From: Candidatus Thorarchaeota archaeon
GTDB taxonomy: Archaea; Asgardarchaeota; Thorarchaeia; Thorarchaeales; Thorarchaeaceae
Length of the DNA: 60,277 bases
Assembly (NCBI GenBank): GCA_003345545.1
Contig: PRDH01000028.1
Span: 1-60,277 of the forward strand
Direction: 5' to 3'
This document shows, piece after piece, positions 57,307 through 60,277 of the stretch. The notes below the pieces were generated by a model. That model saw only the letters and a program-made list of their open reading frames with translations. It was not told the origin of the DNA and ran no database searches. The position numbers and the translations under genes were made by a program. How positions within the stretch are numbered: position 1 is the first letter of the stretch; each line of letters opens with the position of its first letter.

Positions 57307-60277
57307 CTAGCTGCGCTTCCTCAGAGCAACAAGGATAATGACTACGACTAAGAGGCTGCCAATGGCCGCGATGATCAGAAACATTGAGTCTCCGAGGATT
57401 GTGCCGGTTCCTGTGCCCGTTGTCGTGGTTGCTGTTGTGGTCGTTGTGGTCACTAGAGGTTCCATGACTGTGTACGAGAACTCACTGGATATCGCCTCAT
57501 TACCCAGACTATCCATGGCCACTAGTCTGTACGTAACGTTCGTACCATCAGCTTGTGCAGGGATGGTGCCAGACCACGTGTTTCCATCTGCTGCCATTGT
57601 TGCATTTGTCCAAGCTCCAGTGCCGATCTTGTACTGGAGGGTGACATAGTCAGTACCAGACGGATCAATAACGGTTGCAGAGATGGTCACAGTATCAGTG
57701 GGACTTGGACTCGCAGGATCGTGTGCAATCATTGACATTGATGGGCCGTACGTATCAGGCAACCCACCGCTGTAGAAGGTGAACAGATTCACTGCGCTCT
57801 CGAGGAAGTTGTCATCGACATCGGTGACTGTAATCCAGAAACTGACTGTGGTCGAAGGTGCGTGATTGGGTATTGCTCCTTCGTAGTAGCCAGCGTCGAG
57901 GGTCATGGTCACATTGAAGTAGCCTGACGCATTGGAGTATGTCAGGATGACCTGATCAATGCCAGACCCGCCTGTGTCAGCAACCTGAGTCGATATGACG
58001 GCGACTTCATTCCCATATCCGTCAGTGCTGTTGTCCCATGTCAGAGTGGTGATAGTAGGAGCAATGTTATCTCTGAATGGGAATGCTCTTGGCGCTGTAA
58101 CCCCAACGTTTCCTGCATTATCGCTTGCAATGATCTGATAGTTGAAAGTGTACCGGCCATCTTGAGTTCGTGGGATATTCACTACCCAACGGCCAAGCCC
58201 CTCAATGTAGGTCATGCTATAGTTCTCATTGTTATCAATGTCGTGGACCTTCACACCAGCCAACTCTGAACCGCCGCTATCCGTGACCATGGCCTCAATG
58301 TGGGCATTATCTACTCCGGTTACCTTGAGAGGTACATGAGTGACTGTGCCAATAGCTGGCGCGACAGTATCAGTAGTGCCATGCGATATGTAGCCCACAA
58401 ACACGGGGTCTACCGTCACGGCCCAGCCATCCCACCACTTGAAACCAATCAGGGTGTAAAACTGCTCAGAGGTGACAGAAAATGATGTCGCAGTACCTCC
58501 ACTCCCAGACACGTAGATGGCACTGACCGCAGACAGCGGGACAGTCTGCGCGTCCACTGTGCAACTCTGAGATGCATTCTTTGACCAAGAATAAGGAGCA
58601 CCACCGAGGCTCATCATTGCGACACTACTGATACCTGATGTTATCGTGAAATTGCTAGATGCACTTGCCACTTCGTTGTCGAGGATCTGGCCGTAGTCGC
58701 CGATATACGTGGCAACTGCGCCGCCGCCTCCACCGCCCGATGCTATTGAGAGATCGCTGTAGAAGGATACAGCCAGACTCATGTTTTCGAGAACATCAGT
58801 TCCACCAGGCGTATCAGGATCCCACTGACCTACGCCAATATCGAACTTCACCTCTGCAATGTTTGAACCAGTCTCATTCACAATTCCTGTGAAGTGCACA
58901 GCAAGAGAGAACTCGTCCACTGAACACTCTGTGGGGCGTTCGTTGAAGTTGGCAAAGTCGGATCCATAATACTGACCAACATACCAATCCCAGTATGAGA
59001 ATGCTCCGAACGGGTACACGATACCCGTGACGTTCTCAAAGGTCACTCCGAAATCAACTGTTTCATTGACGCCGAGGTAAATCGAGTCAGTCGCGTTGTA
59101 GTTGCCAAAAGCCTCGCCAGGAGTGACGAAACTCACTGATTCTACATCGACAGGCATCCAGTAGTGAGTCATCTCAGAGCCGCTTAGGCTTTCCACTGAC
59201 ACATTCATAAAGTTGTCATTATTCTCATCCTGCCAAGCAAACATTCCTGCGTATTGGTAGGCCAGACGGATGTCCATCAGTTCGCTGTATGTGCCATTGC
59301 TGATCTCAGTGCTGTAGTGCTCATCAAGCTCCCACCACAACCAGCTCCATTCTCGAGAATTGCCGACCGCCCATTCCCATCCCTCCTCAATCGCCTTTTG
59401 GATTAGGTCATCGGAGGTGAAGTTCTGGGCAAGCCAAGCAATGCCCCAATAGCCTGGTCGAGAATTGCCCCATTCATCAAGGAGCGTTTCTTTGACCACA
59501 TCTAGTTGTGCAGGTGTGAGGGTTTTGCCTGATGACGCCTTGGTCCAGATGTAACTGTCTTGCCATGATGATGTCCAATTGAAGGTGACCATGCCCGTGA
59601 AGGAGTGCATACTGAACTCGTCAGCCCACGTGCTGTTATCAGGATCCCAGAGGATTGTAACATCCAGATACTCGTGAGTCACGTTATACCAGTCAGTTGA
59701 TGAGTGGAATTCCCTAACGAAGTACTGGTCATCTGTCGTGTCTAGGTTTCCATCCAGGTCGAGTGCGCCGGTATCAGGTTCGACAGTCCAAAGGTCAATA
59801 CCCCATAGACCAGATTTCGGAGCACCGGTCACGATTCTGTCCTGTTCACGGATGATGGACACAGGCAGTGGGGCATAGTCAAGCTTCTGAGAGTAGCCCT
59901 CGAAGCGATATGCCTTGTAGATCATGTCAGACATTCCACTGATATTATACACTGCTCCGCCATACGTGAAGTTCCATGATGGAAAGTTGTAACGGTAACT
60001 CTCTGGCGTATAGGATAGTGGGATAATCTCATACTTTGTTCCATTCATTGCCTGAAGGAAGAAGTAGTACTCTCCCCACACGCTGGTTTCCTCATGGACT
60101 TCCTCAAACCACATCGAACCGTCCCATCTCCAATCCGATACATTGTATCGTGTGACGGGAACTGACGCTGCCTGGAACCAGAAGGACCCAGTATCCAAGG
60201 TTCCTGTGACATTCTCAATCATGATGACCTGAGAGGAGAACTCATCCCATCCATGCCACCACTGATAGTGACCATAT
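57307..60277 (-). CDS. Large S-layer-like surface glycoprotein, 5'-truncated by the window; three C-terminal Ig-like repeats, Thr-rich stalk, TM anchor
   Basis: Frame stays open from 60222 to the window end; repeats begin DTVAPAI, DNIAPTI, DTYGPSM; TTTTTTATTTGTGTG then TM plus RKRS. Confidence 0.85.
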   Translation of the reverse strand, partial: YGHYQWWHGWDEFSSQVIMIENVTGTLDTGSFWFQAASVPVTRYNVSDWRWDGSMWFEEVHEETSVWGEYYFFLQAMNGTKYEIIPLSYTPESYRYNFPSWNFTYGGAVYNISGMSDMIYKAYRFEGYSQKLDYAPLPVSIIREQDRIVTGAPKSGLWGIDLWTVEPDTGALDLDGNLDTTDDQYFVREFHSSTDWYNVTHEYLDVTILWDPDNSTWADEFSMHSFTGMVTFNWTSSWQDSYIWTKASSGKTLTPAQLDVVKETLLDEWGNSRPGYWGIAWLAQNFTSDDLIQKAIEEGWEWAVGNSREWSWLWWELDEHYSTEISNGTYSELMDIRLAYQYAGMFAWQDENNDNFMNVSVESLSGSEMTHYWMPVDVESVSFVTPGEAFGNYNATDSIYLGVNETVDFGVTFENVTGIVYPFGAFSYWDWYVGQYYGSDFANFNERPTECSVDEFSLAVHFTGIVNETGSNIAEVKFDIGVGQWDPDTPGGTDVLENMSLAVSFYSDLSIASGGGGGGAVATYIGDYGQILDNEVASASSNFTITSGISSVAMMSLGGAPYSWSKNASQSCTVDAQTVPLSAVSAIYVSGSGGTATSFSVTSEQFYTLIGFKWWDGWAVTVDPVFVGYISHGTTDTVAPAIGTVTHVPLKVTGVDNAHIEAMVTDSGGSELAGVKVHDIDNNENYSMTYIEGLGRWVVNIPRTQDGRYTFNYQIIASDNAGNVGVTAPRAFPFRDNIAPTITTLTWDNSTDGYGNEVAVISTQVADTGGSGIDQVILTYSNASGYFNVTMTLDAGYYEGAIPNHAPSTTVSFWITVTDVDDNFLESAVNLFTFYSGGLPDTYGPSMSMIAHDPASPSPTDTVTISATVIDPSGTDYVTLQYKIGTGAWTNATMAADGNTWSGTIPAQADGTNVTYRLVAMDSLGNEAISSEFSYTVMEPLVTTTTTTATTTTGTGTGTILGDSMFLIIAAIGSLLVVVIILVALRKRS

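Noticed and set aside
57404-57452. Short tandem repeat or CRISPR-like array
   Set aside because: It is the codon pattern of the Thr/Gly-rich stalk; no repeat-spacer structure was seen anywhere in the window.

Overview
Gene-dense archaeal chromosomal window. It is most consistent with an Asgard archaeon, probably Thorarchaeia-like; this is inferred from a Rab-like small GTPase, a single-OB SSB, ACD-alpha, GGR, TATA-like promoters and large C-terminally anchored Ig-like surface proteins. The centrepiece (19.8-41 kb) is an unusual Complex I-like respiratory locus. The operon nuoA-J-K-C-D-H-I-M'-L-M-N has four antiporter subunits and a 26-residue duplicated segment in the NuoL lateral helix, but no nuoEFG and no stand-alone nuoB. 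NuoB is instead fused to the C-terminus of a GlcD/Dld-type FAD oxidoreductase, encoded back-to-back with a GlcF/HdrD-type Fe-S/CCG protein. These are followed by two flavin split-barrel proteins, menA, a long-chain prenyl synthase and a geranylgeranyl reductase. The nuoA operon and the FAD-NuoB gene share an 18/21-nt promoter motif. Other notable items are an 1854-aa FG-GAP/Ig-like surface protein ending in seven TM helices with GPCR-like topology, a NUDIX + macro + degenerate-macro trio, mutS/mutL, rpe/tal and a 5'-truncated S-layer-like gene. No tRNA, rRNA, CRISPR array or mobile element was recognised. All annotations come from motif reading; no database searches were run.
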